DNA of 59,835 nt, the filler included, from Basidiobolus meristosporus CBS 931.73 (lineage: Eukaryota; Fungi; Basidiobolomycota), in assembly GCA_002104905.1 (NCBI GenBank). It is 3 parts of 3 records of this genome, joined end to end, with 100 filler letters (N's around TTAATTAATTAA, not from the genome) between each part and the next. Parts side by side here need not be neighbours in the genome. Positions count along the whole stretch, not along the records: positions 22,594 to 41,125 come from MCFE01001059.1; positions 41,226 to 59,835 come from MCFE01001054.1; 1 more part is not named here. One strand, 5' to 3'. The position numbers were made by a program, and so were the translations under genes. This document shows, piece by piece, positions 36,001 to 48,149 of the stretch (its first letter is position 1; each line of letters opens with the position of its first letter). The notes below the pieces were generated by a model, which was given only the letters and a program-made list of their open reading frames with translations, was not told where the DNA came from and ran no database searches.

Positions 36001-39000
36001 GGTCAATGACAGTGTGAATCTTGCCATCAGTCTCGGTAATCGTAACAATGTGAGTACCACTTTCGACAGAAACAGTAGGCTGAACAGTGACAGTGTGAAC
36101 CTTGCCATCAGTCTCGGTAATGAAAACAGTGTGAGCACCGCTTTCGACAGAAACGGTGGGCTGAACAGTAGCAGTGCGGCCAACGACAGTATGAATCTTG
36201 CCATCAGTCTCAGTAATGGTATTGATGTGAGCACCACTTTCGACAGAAGCAGTGGGCTGAACGGTGGTAGTGCGGCCAATGACAGTGTGAACATTGTCAT
36301 CAGTCTCGGTACTTGTAACAATGTGAACACCACTATCGACAGAAACAGTAGGATGCACAGTAATAGTGCCATCAACAACAGTGTGAATCTTGCCATCAGT
36401 CTCGGTAATCGTAACGGTGCGAGCACTGCTTTCGACAGAAACAGTAGGTTGCACAGTGACAGTGTGAATCTTGCCATCGGTCTCAGTAATCGTAACAATG
36501 TGAGAACCACTTTCGACAGAAACGGTGGGCTGAACAGTGACAGTGCGGTCAATGACAGTGTGAACCTTGCCATCAGTCTCGGTAATGGTAACGGTGCGAG
36601 CACTGTTTTCGACAGCAACTGTAGGATGCACAGTGATAGTGCCATCAACGACAGTGTGAATCTTGCCATCAGTCTCGGTAATCATAGCAACGTGAGCAAC
36701 GCTTTCGACAGAAACAGTGGGCTGAACAGTGACAGTGCGGTCAACGACAGTGTGAATCTTGCCATCAGTCTTGGTAACGGCAACGGTGCGAGCACTGCTC
36801 TCGACAGAAACAGAAGGATGCGCAGTGACGGTGCCATCAACGATAGTGTGAGCCTTGCCATCAGTCTCGGTAATGGTAACGATGCGAGCACTGCTTTCGA
36901 CAGCAACAGTAGGATGCACAGTGATAGTGCCATCAACGACAGTGTGAATCTTGCCATCAGTCTCGGTAACGGCAACGGTGCGAGCACTGCTCTCAACAGA
37001 AACAGAAGGATGCGCAGTGACGGTGCCATCAACGATAGTGTGAATCTTGCCATCAGTCTTGGTAATGGTAACGGTGTGAGTAGTACTTTGGACAGAAACA
37101 GTAGGCTGAACGGTGATAGTTCGGTCAACAATAGTACGGACTGAGCCCCCGTATTCCGTTATAGTCACTGTCGGTTCCACGATTGTTATATCGACTGAAG
37201 TTCTACGTCGGATTGTTACGTTGCTGGACTTTTTTTCGGTATTAGTATTCTTATAGGTTACTGTTGGTTCTGTGATGGTTGCTGTAAGTTCAGTTACAGT
37301 TGTATCAATGGATTTAAGCCGCTGAATGGTCGCCTGCTTTGAGATATCCTTTTTGTCAGAGTGCTTATAGGTTACTGTAGGCTTGGTAATTGTTAAACTG
37401 CTTGAAAACTTGTGTCGGGTGGTCAGCTCGTTCAGTGACCTTTCAGTTACATAGTGCCTATAGGTTACTGTTGGCTTAGGGATAGTTACTGTTAGCTTAG
37501 CAACAGTGGTTTCTACAATTGTTTCATGTTGAATTGTGACTTCTTTTGAAACCCCCTTTGTAACTGAGTAGTTGAAGGTTATCGTAGGTATAGTTACTGT
37601 GAGAGTTGGTTCGGTAACTGTCACGTCGGCTGAAGTATCCGGTTGAATCGTCACTTTTCTAGGAGGTTTTTCGGTTACCGAATGTATGTATGTCAGAGTT
37701 GACTCAGTCACGGTAACATCAATCGACTTACGGTGTCGAATAGTCACCTTCTTGAGTTCTTCGGACGTAATCGAGTGCGTATAAGCTACTGTGGGTTTAG
37801 TTACAGTAACAGTCGGTTCAGTGATTGTTACATCGACTGAAGTCTCGTGTTGAATGGTCACCACGTCAGATGGTCTAACAGTCACGGAATGTTTGTAAGT
37901 TATTGTTGGCTCAGTGATGGTAACTGTTGGTCCGGCAATGGTAACTTCCATTGAAGTATCATGGTGAACTGTTACTTCTTTCGAATCCTCCTTAGTATCG
38001 GATTGCTTATACGTCACAGTAGGTTCAGTAACAGTTACCGTTGGCTCAGTGATTGTTACATCAACTGAAGTCTCGGGTTGAATGGTCACCACGTCAGATG
38101 GTCCAACAGTCACGGAATGTTTGTAAGTTAATGTTGGCTCAGTGATGGTAACTGTTGGTCCGGCAATGGTAACTTCCATTGAAGTATCATGGTGAACTGT
38201 TACTTCTTTCGAATCCTCCTTAGTATCGGATTGCTTATATGTCACAGTAGGTTCAGTAACAGTTACCGTTGGCTCAGTGATTGTTACATCAACTGAATTC
38301 TCGGGTTGGATGGTCACCACGTCGGATGGTTTGACAGTCACGGAATGTTTGTAAGTTATTGTTGGCTCAGTGACTGTAACTGTCGGTCCGGTAATGGTAA
38401 CCTCCATTGAAGTATCACGCCGAATTGTTACTTCCTTCGAAGCCTCTATAGTAACAGAGTGCTTATTGGTGACTACGGGTTCAGTAACCCTGCCTGTTTC
38501 CTTAGAATTAGCACCATGGTGCTCGCTAGTATGAGGTTTCTCGGTCTTGTTAGACGCAGAGCGGTGATGCTCGTTTGAGTGAGGCTTATAACTTTCCTTA
38601 GACTCTGTGCTATGATGCGTGCTTGAATGAGACTTCTCGGTTTCTTTAGACTCACTGTGATGATGCTTGCTAGAGTGAGGCTTCTTCGTCTCCTTAGACG
38701 ATGTGCGGTGATAATGACTTGGGTGAGGCATCTCGGTTTTTTCAGACAAAGCGTGATGGTGTTCACTTGAGCGAGACTTCCCCGTTTCCTTATACTCGGA
38801 GTGATGGGACTCACTAGTATGAGGCTTCTTAGTCTCCTCAGAATCACTGCGACGGCACTCACTTGAGTGAGCCTTTTCAGCCTCCTTCGACTCAGAGCCA
38901 TGATGCTCGCTAGTATTAGGTTTCTCAGCCTTCTTTGACTCAGAGTGATGCTCACTTGAGTGAGGCTTCCCTGTTTCCTTGGAGTCAGTACGATGATGCT

Positions 39001-41125
39001 CAATTGAATGAGGTTTGTAAGTACCCTTTGAGTCAGTGCGATGATTCTTGCTGGAATGAGTCGTCTCAGATTCCTTGGATTTCTTATGACGTTCGTTGCG
39101 GGAATCTGTGCGATGATGCTCGCTGGAGTGAGGCTTCTCAGTCTTTTTGGATCCTGAGCGGTGATGCTCGATGGAATCAGACTTCGAAGTCACCCTAGAG
39201 CCAGCGTGATGATGGCCACTGGAATGAGACTTCTCAGCTTCTTTGGTCTTAGGGTAGTGATGCTCGCTGGGGTGAGGCTTATTAGTTTGCTTGGAGCCAG
39301 TACGATGATGCTCGCGTGAATGAGGCTTATTAGTCTCCTTATACTTGGAGTGGTAATGATCGCTGGAGTGTGCCTTTACGGTTTGCTTAGAGTCAATGCC
39401 ATGATGCTCGCTAGAGTAAAGCTTCTTGGTTTTCTTTGACTCAGGGTGGTGATGTTGGCTAGAATGCGGCTTCTTAGTATCCTTAGAGTCAGTGTAGTGA
39501 TGTACGCTAGAGTGAAGTGTCTCCGCTTTCTTGGACTCAAGGAGGTGAGACTTGCTGGATTGAATCTTCTCGGTTTCCTTGGTGCCAGTGCGACGGTACT
39601 CGCTAGAATGAGGCTTCTGTGTCTCGTTGGTGTCGCTCGGGTGAGGCTTCTCATCCTTCTTGGACTCTAAGTAATGACGTATGCTGGAACGAAGCATCTC
39701 AGATTCTTTGTTATTGGGGTGATACTGCTCACTGGAATAAGGCTGCTCAGTCGTCTTCGATTTATGATGCTGGTTGCTGGAGGTATGCTTTACAGCGCCA
39801 TGGGATCTTTCGTAGTACTTGCTAGAATGAGACTTCTCAGTTGCTGTAGGCTTTTCATGATGTTCCCTAAAAGTAGTCTTCGCAGGATCTTTCGACTTCT
39901 CTTCATAGGTACTGAAGATATGTTTCTGAGTTTCCTTCGACTTTTCAGTCTTCAGTGACTTCTTATGTTGCTTACTGCGTTCTGGCTTCTTTGTTTCCTT
40001 TGATTTCTTATGATCACTGGCTGACGTACTCTTTTCAGAGTCAGGGTAATGGTGATCGCTGGAATGAGGCTTCTTAGTCTCCTTGGTCTCAGGGTGATAA
40101 GGATCGCTTGTGTGAGGCTTTTTAGTTTCCTGGGAGTCAGTGCGCTGAAGCCCGCTTGAATGCGATATATTAGTCTCCTTGGACTCAGGGTGGTGATGTT
40201 GGCTGAAGTTGGGGTTCTCTGTTTCCTTCGACTCTGAGCTATGATGCATGCTGGAGTGAACCTTGACCGCCTTCCGGGATTCAGGGAGCTGAGGTTTGCT
40301 GGGGTGAGATTTCTCGGTTTGCTTAGAGTCGGTGCGATTGGGCACGCTGGAATTAAGCTTCTCTGTGGCTGTAGAAATTTCATCAGGTTCGCTGGAAGTA
40401 TGCTTTACAGGCCCAGTTTCCTGCGACTTCGCATGGTGTGCGCCAGAAATATGTTTCTCAGTTATCGTAGACCTCTTATGAAGCTCGCTGGATGTAGGCT
40501 GTGCAGGCTCTTTTGCCTTCTTATGATGTAAACTGGAAGTATGCTTCTCAGTTGCTATAGGTTTCTCCTGAGGCTCGCTGGAAGTACGTTTCTCAGTGCC
40601 CTGCGACTTCTCATGAAGTACGCTGGAAGTGTGTTTCTCAGTTGCTGCAGACCTTTCCCGAATTTCACTGGAAGTCGGCTTCACAGGTTCCTTTGACTTC
40701 TCATAATGTGTACTGAAAGTATACTTCGCGGTTTCCCGTGACTTCTCATGATATACGCTAGAAATATTTTTCTCAGTTGCTGTAGACTTTTCATGAACTT
40801 CACCGGAAGTAGGCTTCACAGGTTCCTTCAACTTCTCATGGTATGTGCTAGAGGTACGTTTCTCAGTTCCCTGTGACTTGCCATGATATGTATTGAAAGT
40901 ACGCTTGTTGTTTAATGTTGAATTCTCATGATGCTCGCTGGACATAGGCTTCACAGGCTCCTTTGACTTCTCACGATGTGTACTGGAAGTATGCATCTTA
41001 GTTTCCTGCGACTTCTCATGAAGTATGGTGGAAATGTGGTTCTCAGTAGCTGTGGGCTTTTCTTGGACTTCGCTTGTAGTAGGATTCACAGGTTCCTTTG
41101 ACTTCTCATGATGTGTGCTGAAGGT
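33081..41125 (-). CDS. Giant repetitive, probably cell-surface, protein (at least ~2660 aa, 5'-partial): His-rich repeats, Thr/Val repeats and a C-terminal CBM19-like chitin-binding module; exons 41125-33469 and 33409-33081
   Basis: The frame is open from the gap (TFSTHHEKSKEPV...; the track's 'M' at 41089 is GTG). Splicing the 59-bp intron gives an in-frame final exon DLPVSSDTTCAPGC...GVCTDGQYSCLESGTSPVFFVCVNGRLIQNHCASDTVCKTLGQSIICDWE*, with TGA at 33083-33081. Confidence 0.9.
33084..33227 (-). other. CBM19-like (PF03427) six-cysteine module coding segment
   Basis: C-x2-G-x3-C-x8-F-x-C-x2-G-x6-C-x5-C-x8-C-D-W pattern at the extreme C-terminus, resembling the chitin-binding tail of fungal chitinases such as yeast Cts1. 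Confidence 0.8.
33410..33468 (-). other. 59-bp spliceosomal intron, phase 1
   Basis: GTAAGC donor, CTGAC branch point, TTCTTAG acceptor; removal joins two open frames and ends in a six-cysteine domain. Confidence 0.88.
33500..37155 (-). repeat. Coding tandem repeat, ~96-bp/32-aa units (TVTVQPTVSVESGAHTVTITETDGKVHTVIDR), with a 402-bp higher-order duplication
   Basis: Roughly 35-40 units; the same string recurs at 35241 and 35643 (offset 402 bp = 134 aa). Confidence 0.92.
37155..38490 (-). repeat. Coding tandem repeat, 114-bp/38-aa units (VTEPTVTYKHSVT...), with a 228-bp dimer duplication
   Basis: The same string recurs at 37981 and 38209 (offset 228 bp = 76 aa). Confidence 0.88.
38490..41125 (-). 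repeat. Coding tandem repeat, 48-bp/16-aa His/Ser/Lys/Glu-rich units (KPHSSEHHHSESKETE), grading into EKxTSSxxHEKS units toward the gap
   Basis: Consecutive 16-aa units, e.g. KPHSSKHHHSESKETE KSHSSTHHSTESKESY KPHSNEHHRSASNKTE KPHTSEHHGANSKETG. Confidence 0.88.
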
Positions 41126-41225
41126 NNNNNNNNNNNNNNNNNNNNNNNNNNNNNNNNNNNNNNNNNNNNTTAATTAATTAANNNNNNNNNNNNNNNNNNN
41201 NNNNNNNNNNNNNNNNNNNNNNNNN
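41126..41225. other. Artificial contig spacer N44-TTAATTAATTAA-N44
   Basis: Identical to 22494-22593. Confidence 0.97.
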
Positions 41226-41994
41226 GGCTGTTGATAGACTGTCAAGTTTTCTGCCATATAAGGCAATTGGATGTCCTGGCTGGTTAGATCCATTAAAATT
41301 GCTGTAGAGCGCTACAAGAGCACAACAATGCTATTCAATTATTGTCACAGCACCAATCAAATCACGTCAAGTTTTATAACTTTATTTGGCAGTAAAATCA
41401 GCAATATGCTGTTGTGATCTGGTCAAAAGATTGTGAAGAGGGTAATTAATTCCAAGCTGCCAGTATTATGATGGTCCTCAAGTGGGATCCTGATGGCTGA
41501 TCTGGATTGGATCCACCCATGGGACCAAATTATTTTTCATAGGGGACAACCAGGAACAGTTGGCAAATATGGAGGACAGATGTGTAAATGGAGACACCTA
41601 CACCTTTGACATTGAGAAGCTAAGTGGCCCCTAGCATAGAGATTAGTCAAGTATTACACAAATGGGTTAGACGCAACAGGCAGCCAATTTTTATTTGCAC
41701 AATTTTACCAAAGTATATTGGTTTCTCCTGTCACAAGTCAATTTCTACACCATTCAATATGGAATTTTTACAAACAAGAATCAGAGCGTACCTATAGGGG
41801 GAGCTAGAATCCAGCAGGAAGAAGGAATATATGGGCTAAATATCTAAAGGTTCTATATTAATATTCAGAAGTTATTCATGACAAAGGTGGAGCCAACTAA
41901 GCATATGCTTGGAAGAAGTATTTTCAGCAGTGATACAAAGTTTATGGTAACTTGCAAATACTAAACTGAAGAGACATACAGTGGAGGTGATATA

Positions 41995-44560
41995 TGTTGT
42001 AAGAGTCCTGGAGATATTGAAAGTGATTGGGAGAACAAGTATATTGTGTGGTTTCACTTAATGATTTATTGAATATAAAAGTTGTATTTATACTTTTGCA
42101 TAGTCTTGGCATAACAAGCACATAGACTAGACTAAGGAAGGTCCCAAGTGCATATGTGCAAAGTTTAGGGCTGTTTGGACAACTTTGAGAATTTTTGTGT
42201 TCTGAGTACCTGGTATTTTGGTGAAAATATTCTAGTATATTCTAATAGGGAATTTGGTAAGTATTTGCTAGGATTTGAAGGTAATGATCTAAGTGACTAA
42301 GTTAGGTGAATACTTTGGTGGAACTACAAATTCTTACTACACTCTCACTAAGCTAAATGCTCATACTGACTAGTCCTAATTTTGTCCTAAGATATTCAAA
42401 CTTGTCTCTAGCAAATGGTTTGGTAGATATATCTGCAATCATTTCATCTGAAGGACAGTAAACTAAGCTAGCTAAGTTATTCTCTACAGCTTCATGTATT
42501 AAGTGATGTCTAATATCTATGAGCTTAGTTCTAGCATGAAAAGATGGATTTCTACTTGATTGTATACATCCATAATTATCTTGAAATAAAGTGATAGGCG
42601 TTTTTTAACATAAGCCTAAATCTGTTAAGAGCTTTCCTAAATATGTTGCTTCTTTTGTAGCTTCACAGGCTGCAATAAACGCTGCCACTGTGGTAGAAAG
42701 TGCTACAGTTGATTGCTTTCTTGAGTTCTATTGAAATTGCTGCTTTACAGTAAAGAAAAGTGCATCCTGTGGTGAGTCTTTGGTCTTCCAAGTTTTGTCC
42801 CCAATCAGCATCAGAGTATCCCTCAAGATCCTATTCAGAATCCTTATAGGTGTATCTTATGCAGATATCAGCAGTTGCTCATAGGTATCTAAAAATCCAC
42901 TCTACTGCTGCAATATAAACTGATCCATAGCTCTGATTATGTTGGCTGACAACTCCCTCTGAATATGGGATATCTGGATGTGTTCCAAGCATGGTATTCT
43001 TCAGACTGCCAACCATAGATTGATAAGGAAAGTCAGGCCTTTCAGATGGTACCAAGCTCTCTTGATTTGGTGGAGTTATGACCAAGCTAAGGTTTGTCTC
43101 CATTGGGGTAGATGCTGGTTAACAGTCTTCCATTTGATACTTGTTTAGTATATCTTGAATACACCTGATTTGGCTTGGGGTAATAGTCTGGGCACTTCTG
43201 TCTATGGAGAACTTAATCCCTAGGTAGTAACTGGGTCCTCCAAGATTGGACATTTTGAACTCCTAGATAGGCTGGATTTAGCTGCTTCTAATGTTGATAG
43301 ATTCTTGATGGCTTTAATAAGGTCATCCACATATAGAGCTAATAGAACTTGATTTGCTCTACCTGGCTTATAGTATATAATAAAGTCAGCATTCCTCCTT
43401 TTGAGACTCAGAGATTCCAAATAAGAATATATCTTGCAGTTCCAGGCTCTTGGTGATTGTTTGAGACCATATAGATACTTTTTGAGCTTGCAGACCAAAT
43501 AGGGGTTATCTTGGTCAGCAAACCCATCAGGCTGGTCCATATACATGTATTCATCAAGCTCTCCATTCAAAAATGCTGCTGTTACATGCATTTGATGAAT
43601 TAAAAACACATATTTGGCTGCAATAGCCAAAATTGATCTGATGGAATCAAACTTGGCTACCAGTGCAAAGGTCTCACTATAGTCAAGTCCTTTTGTTTGA
43701 GAGTATCCTTTGGCCACAAGTCTTGCTTTGCATCCTTCAGTTGTACCATCAGCCTTGTGCTTTGTCTTGAGGACCCATCTGCATCCAATTGATTTTTGGT
43801 TGATTGGTAATTTGACTAAGTACCAAGTTTGATTTTCCATCAGGGCCTGATATTCCTCAGTCATTGCAGATCTCCAAAGCTTTGTCTGAGGGCTATTTAG
43901 GGCCTCTTTTACAGTCTGGGGCTCATCAATATGGACTGAATAGGCATAGGCTAAGTTTGTTCCCTCATTGATACAGTAATTTGGGCTATTTCTTGTACAA
44001 TTAGATTTTCAGGCATTTAATACTGGGATGATCACCTCTGGGATATGCCTGGGTACTGATTCAGGCTGAACCATGGTTACAGAGTCCTATCAATTGAAAA
44101 AATATTTATTATTTTGCTCTAATTAAATTCTGACAATTGGAGGACTTGAGACCAAGTTTTGTCATCACCTGATGTCATTTTTTGTGAAAATTTTGAATTT
44201 TCATCAAACAACATGTCCCTGGACTTGATCAGCTTCTTTGCTTTGGTATTATAAGGTCTGTATGCCTTACTTTCAATGCAGTAGCCCAAAAGTATGCATT
44301 TTACACATTTTGGCTCAAATTTTTTACTGATTTCCAGGCAATGTCTTGCCATATGCTGTACACCTAAATATTCTTAGGTGTCTACACTTGGTCTGTACCT
44401 GTAACATGCTTCAAGTGGAGTAGATTCACAAAGTGTTCTGTTATAACTCCTATTTATAAGGTATATAGCAGTGGCACTGATTCCACCCTGAAATTGTAGG
44501 ATAACTTTGATCATGGATCATAGATCTTGCCATATCAATTATTGATCTGTTAGCACAATC
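41995..44560 (-). mobile_element. 3' half of a degenerate copia element (3' LTR 41995-42341, RNase H, RT, integrase C-terminus)
   Basis: KARLVAKGYSQ, IHQMHVTAAFLNG, LYVDDLI; colinear with 24261-26700. Confidence 0.88.
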
Positions 44561-44569
44561 TGCTGAGAC

Positions 44570-46079
44570 ACTGTACCAAATTGTTGATGGAAGCCTTTGC
44601 TTACTATCCTCATGTTACTTGCCTGGATTTGATACATAAGCAACACAATAAATATGGTCATCTTGGAATTGAAGGAATCTATAGACTTGTGAAAGCCAGA
44701 GCATGGTGGCTCCAAATAAAACAAGATATTGAGAAGCTGGTGAAAATCTGCCCAAACTGCCAAATCAACTAAGGCAGCCACAGAGAATTGCTGAGCTCTT
44801 TCCCTTGGAGCCTGTAAGACCACATGATAGATGAAGAATTGACTTTATTGGAAGACTACCAACCACCAGAAAATACAACTGTCAGATCTTGATAGCAATT
44901 GACCATGCCACTAAAGGGCCAGTTGCAAATGCTCCACCTGTAGTCAGTGTTCAAGAGGTTGCAAGTTTCATCCACCATGTGATTCTGATGAAGTTCAGAT
45001 GCCCTGAAGAAATCTTATCTGACAGAGGAGCACTGTTGGTAGCAAAGTCACTAGTAGTTTACCTGGATATGCAGCAGATCAAGCTCTTGAAAACCTTGGT
45101 ATATCACCGTAGAGTTAATGTAGTCTGTGAGCAGTTTAATGGATTATTTGAAAATGCTGACCAAGTATGCAAATAGATCTGTCAGTATGTGGGATGAGTA
45201 TATAAACTAAGCACTATTTGCCCGCAGAGTTAGAGTGCACAACACCACCCAGCAATCATCTTCTACTTGATTTATGGATGTAAGCAAAGGGCTCCAGGAT
45301 ATCTCACCAAACCAAAGCTTATAGGCACCTTAGGAGATAAGCTCAGTTGGCCAAGTAAGCACCAGTAGCTGAAACAAAGGCATCAAGATGCACAGGCCAA
45401 AGTATCTCAAAGTGCAGAAAAGATCAAGCAGAGATTTGATAAGTCTATATCATCAGAAGCACGGACAGTGGGGTACTCTGTATTGCTGAGAAACCACACT
45501 GGAGTAAGTGTCAAGCCACTGGCTGGACCATCCAGGATCATCAGGGAATGTCCATTTGCAATTTACCAACAAGTGGACAAACAAGGGAATATCTGGGAAG
45601 ATTTAGTTTACAGAGAGAGACTCAAGCGTGCAAGACTTGCTGACAACACTGAATCATCAAGTTCACAATAAACAAGGCTCAGGAGAGCCCTCAACATTAA
45701 TAGGGAAGAATGTTATGATCCATTGCTTGATTATTGAAGTTAGATCAGTTTCTGGTTAGAGCAGTTAGTTTTATGCTTAGCCTGTCACTAGATCAATGTT
45801 GTGTATCAAATTAGTGGTATTAGTTAGTAGATGAATCCGCAGATCATTATCTGACAAAAAAATATATATTAAGTAGGATTCAACTGGGTGATGAAGATGC
45901 AATCAAATGAGTCATCAACCACAATTTACATTAGGATATACAATTAGCCAGCAATTGATATGGCCAAGTCTATGTCAGAAGTTGCTCAAACCTCAACAAA
46001 AATCAGTTCAAGCTTTTGTGAATACATTATTAGCTAAGCTCCTTATACCCTTAAAACTCTTATATAAAGACTTGTAATG
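44570..46079 (+). mobile_element. 3' fragment of an old gypsy copy (integrase, PPT, 3' LTR 45711-~46079)
   Basis: [29 protein letters not shown]; PPT TAGGGAAGAA then TGTTATGATC. Confidence 0.88.
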
Positions 46080-46499
46080 CCTGACAAGTATGATCCACAC
46101 ATACTTTCTTTTGAAAGCAAAGAAGGTAATCATACCTTAGACTATGTCAAATGAAGACTCCTCCATAAAGAACTCAGATATAATGACCAAGCAAGGAAAA
46201 TTGACAATAATGCTTTATACAGATTTGAATGCACACAAAAAAGAAGGTAAAGTCACATAACCATCAGAAAAGTTACCAAAGTAATGAATGGTATATTGAG
46301 TCTGAAGCAACATAGCATATTTGCACTATAAATGTGTGGCTCAGCAACTCAAAGACTTTTCCTGTAATAAAGGACTACTTGGGGGACAACTCTCTGCAGT
46401 AAGCCACTGCCAGTGGGTCTATAAAGCTCAATATGAGTGATGTCTATGGGGCAACAACAGCAAAACTGACTGATGCATTTTGTGTACCTGGAATAACTT

Positions 46500-47450
46500 A
46501 GAATCTGCTCTCAGTGAGTACAACTACCACTCAGGGACTGAAACTAGTCTTTACCAAGCTGAGTTGCTCAACATTGTGTAAAAAACAAATAACAGTTAGC
46601 TTTGGAAATCAGAGACCTACATTGCATTGCAAGATCATTGTAACTGAGTATGTCAATATTACTCAAACTGATGAAACCTTTCTGGAGACATGCATAGGAG
46701 GCTGGGACACACTAAGGAATATAAAACTAGCTAATTGGTGAAAATCAACTGGGTTTTGGCCAAGATTATTCCATTCTGATCAAATTGAGTGTCTGTAAGT
46801 GATGTTCATATGACAGACAAGCTAGGCAATGTTTCAGCAGCTCAGGAGGCACTAACACCACCAAAATATTTGCCAATGTGTACCTGGATATACTTGGGCC
46901 TATTGGGATACTGTCCTTTGGAACCAACAGTGACTTGATGTTGCGTACCAATGACAAGAATAGATAGACATGGATGCACCACCTTGATACCAAGAATAAT
47001 GTTGAAAGTATGTTGAAGTACTTCCAGAAAATGAAAGAAATATATACTGCGTGTAAGTTGAGCATACTTTGAAGCAAAAATGAAGCAAAATACTGCTCTA
47101 AGGAGCTTGTAAAGTACTGCTCAACTGCTGGTATACTTTAGCAGACCACTGTTCTACACACTCCACAGTAAAATAGCGTGGCAGAATGTGCAAATAGTAC
47201 CACAGTAGATAGGGGAAAATTTATCCTATATGAACAGGCAGCAAGCTAAATTCACACAGTGTGCTTTGTATTTGCCAGAAAAAAAGTGCCTCTGCCTTCT
47301 AGAAGGTGTATTAATCCTGACTGGGAAGGTATGCAAAATACTCCTGGTATGGAACCTGTTGCTGAGCATTCTGGGATACTGAAATCTATTGGAGCTTCTA
47401 AACCTAGCATTTCAAGTTTGTTTGAAATCATTCATACAGATCTCCTCTAA
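46500..47450 (+). pseudogene. Highly decayed copia pol fragment; a similar piece lies at ~50380-50750
   Basis: Shared ACTGAAACTGATGAAAC and ACAAGCTAGGCAA segments; C..C..GKQARQ-like peptide. Confidence 0.5.
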
Positions 47451-48149
47451 TGTGTCAAATGGAAATCCCGTGATAGTGATGGCAATGGTGAGAATAGACC
47501 ATTCATATGAGCAAGTTATATCAAAATTAGAAGGTGATCAAATGGAGGTGATAAAATGATTCAGCACAATTAGCTTAACATATGCGATTTTCCATGCATT
47601 AAAATTAAATCTCAGTGAACCGTCATGTATCTCATCATTAAGTTGCAAAATCATCCTCAAACAATGAGCAAATCTTTGATTGATGTGATCTGATCTATGT
47701 CTATGTAAGCCTAGATGCATCATGCACAATATGTAGAAAGTTCTACAATCATATTAGTTTTCATATATATTTCACATACAACCAGGTGGATGCCCATATA
47801 CTACTGTAGGAGTATATAAAACTGTCACCATAGTCCCTATACCAAGTCTCAACTCATCTTTAGTAAGCCCAGACAAAACCCATCCTTTAGCTCACAAGTA
47901 CGGTCTGGGCCATTAAAGTCGATGTTGGATCAGTTTGAGTTCCTGCCAAACAATTTTAGTATGACTCAGGTGTCTATGATGAGCCTTTCTACAGTTGCTT
48001 GGGCACTACTCACTAATCTAGCAGAATTGGATACCTCACAAATTCAACGAAGATTGAAGAAGCTGAGTAGTAAGCTGTGGCATGTGTTCAACATCAAGAT
48101 GCCAGCAGATCTACATAAGATATAAAATAAGTCAAGTATTATAATCAAG

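Noticed and set aside
34390-36669. 759-aa Leu-rich ORF in a second minus-strand frame (and 36682-37131)
   Set aside because: Shadow frame of the 96-bp tandem repeat; one stop-free unit propagates an open frame, and its limits coincide with the repeat.
34457-37144. 228-aa and 664-aa Asn/Ser-rich antisense ORFs
   Set aside because: Reverse-complement read of the same repeat; interrupted by a stop at ~35141 while the minus frame is uninterrupted, and no independent evidence.
33500-37155. CRISPR-like regularly spaced repeats (e.g. TTGCCATCAGTCTCGG, TTTCGACAGAAACAG)
   Set aside because: The 'spacers' are homologous to each other, everything is in-frame coding sequence, and there are no cas genes.
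41226-41990. Possible promoter or first exon of the giant gene
   Set aside because: No signal-peptide-like minus-strand ORF found, and the contig order across the spacer is uncertain.
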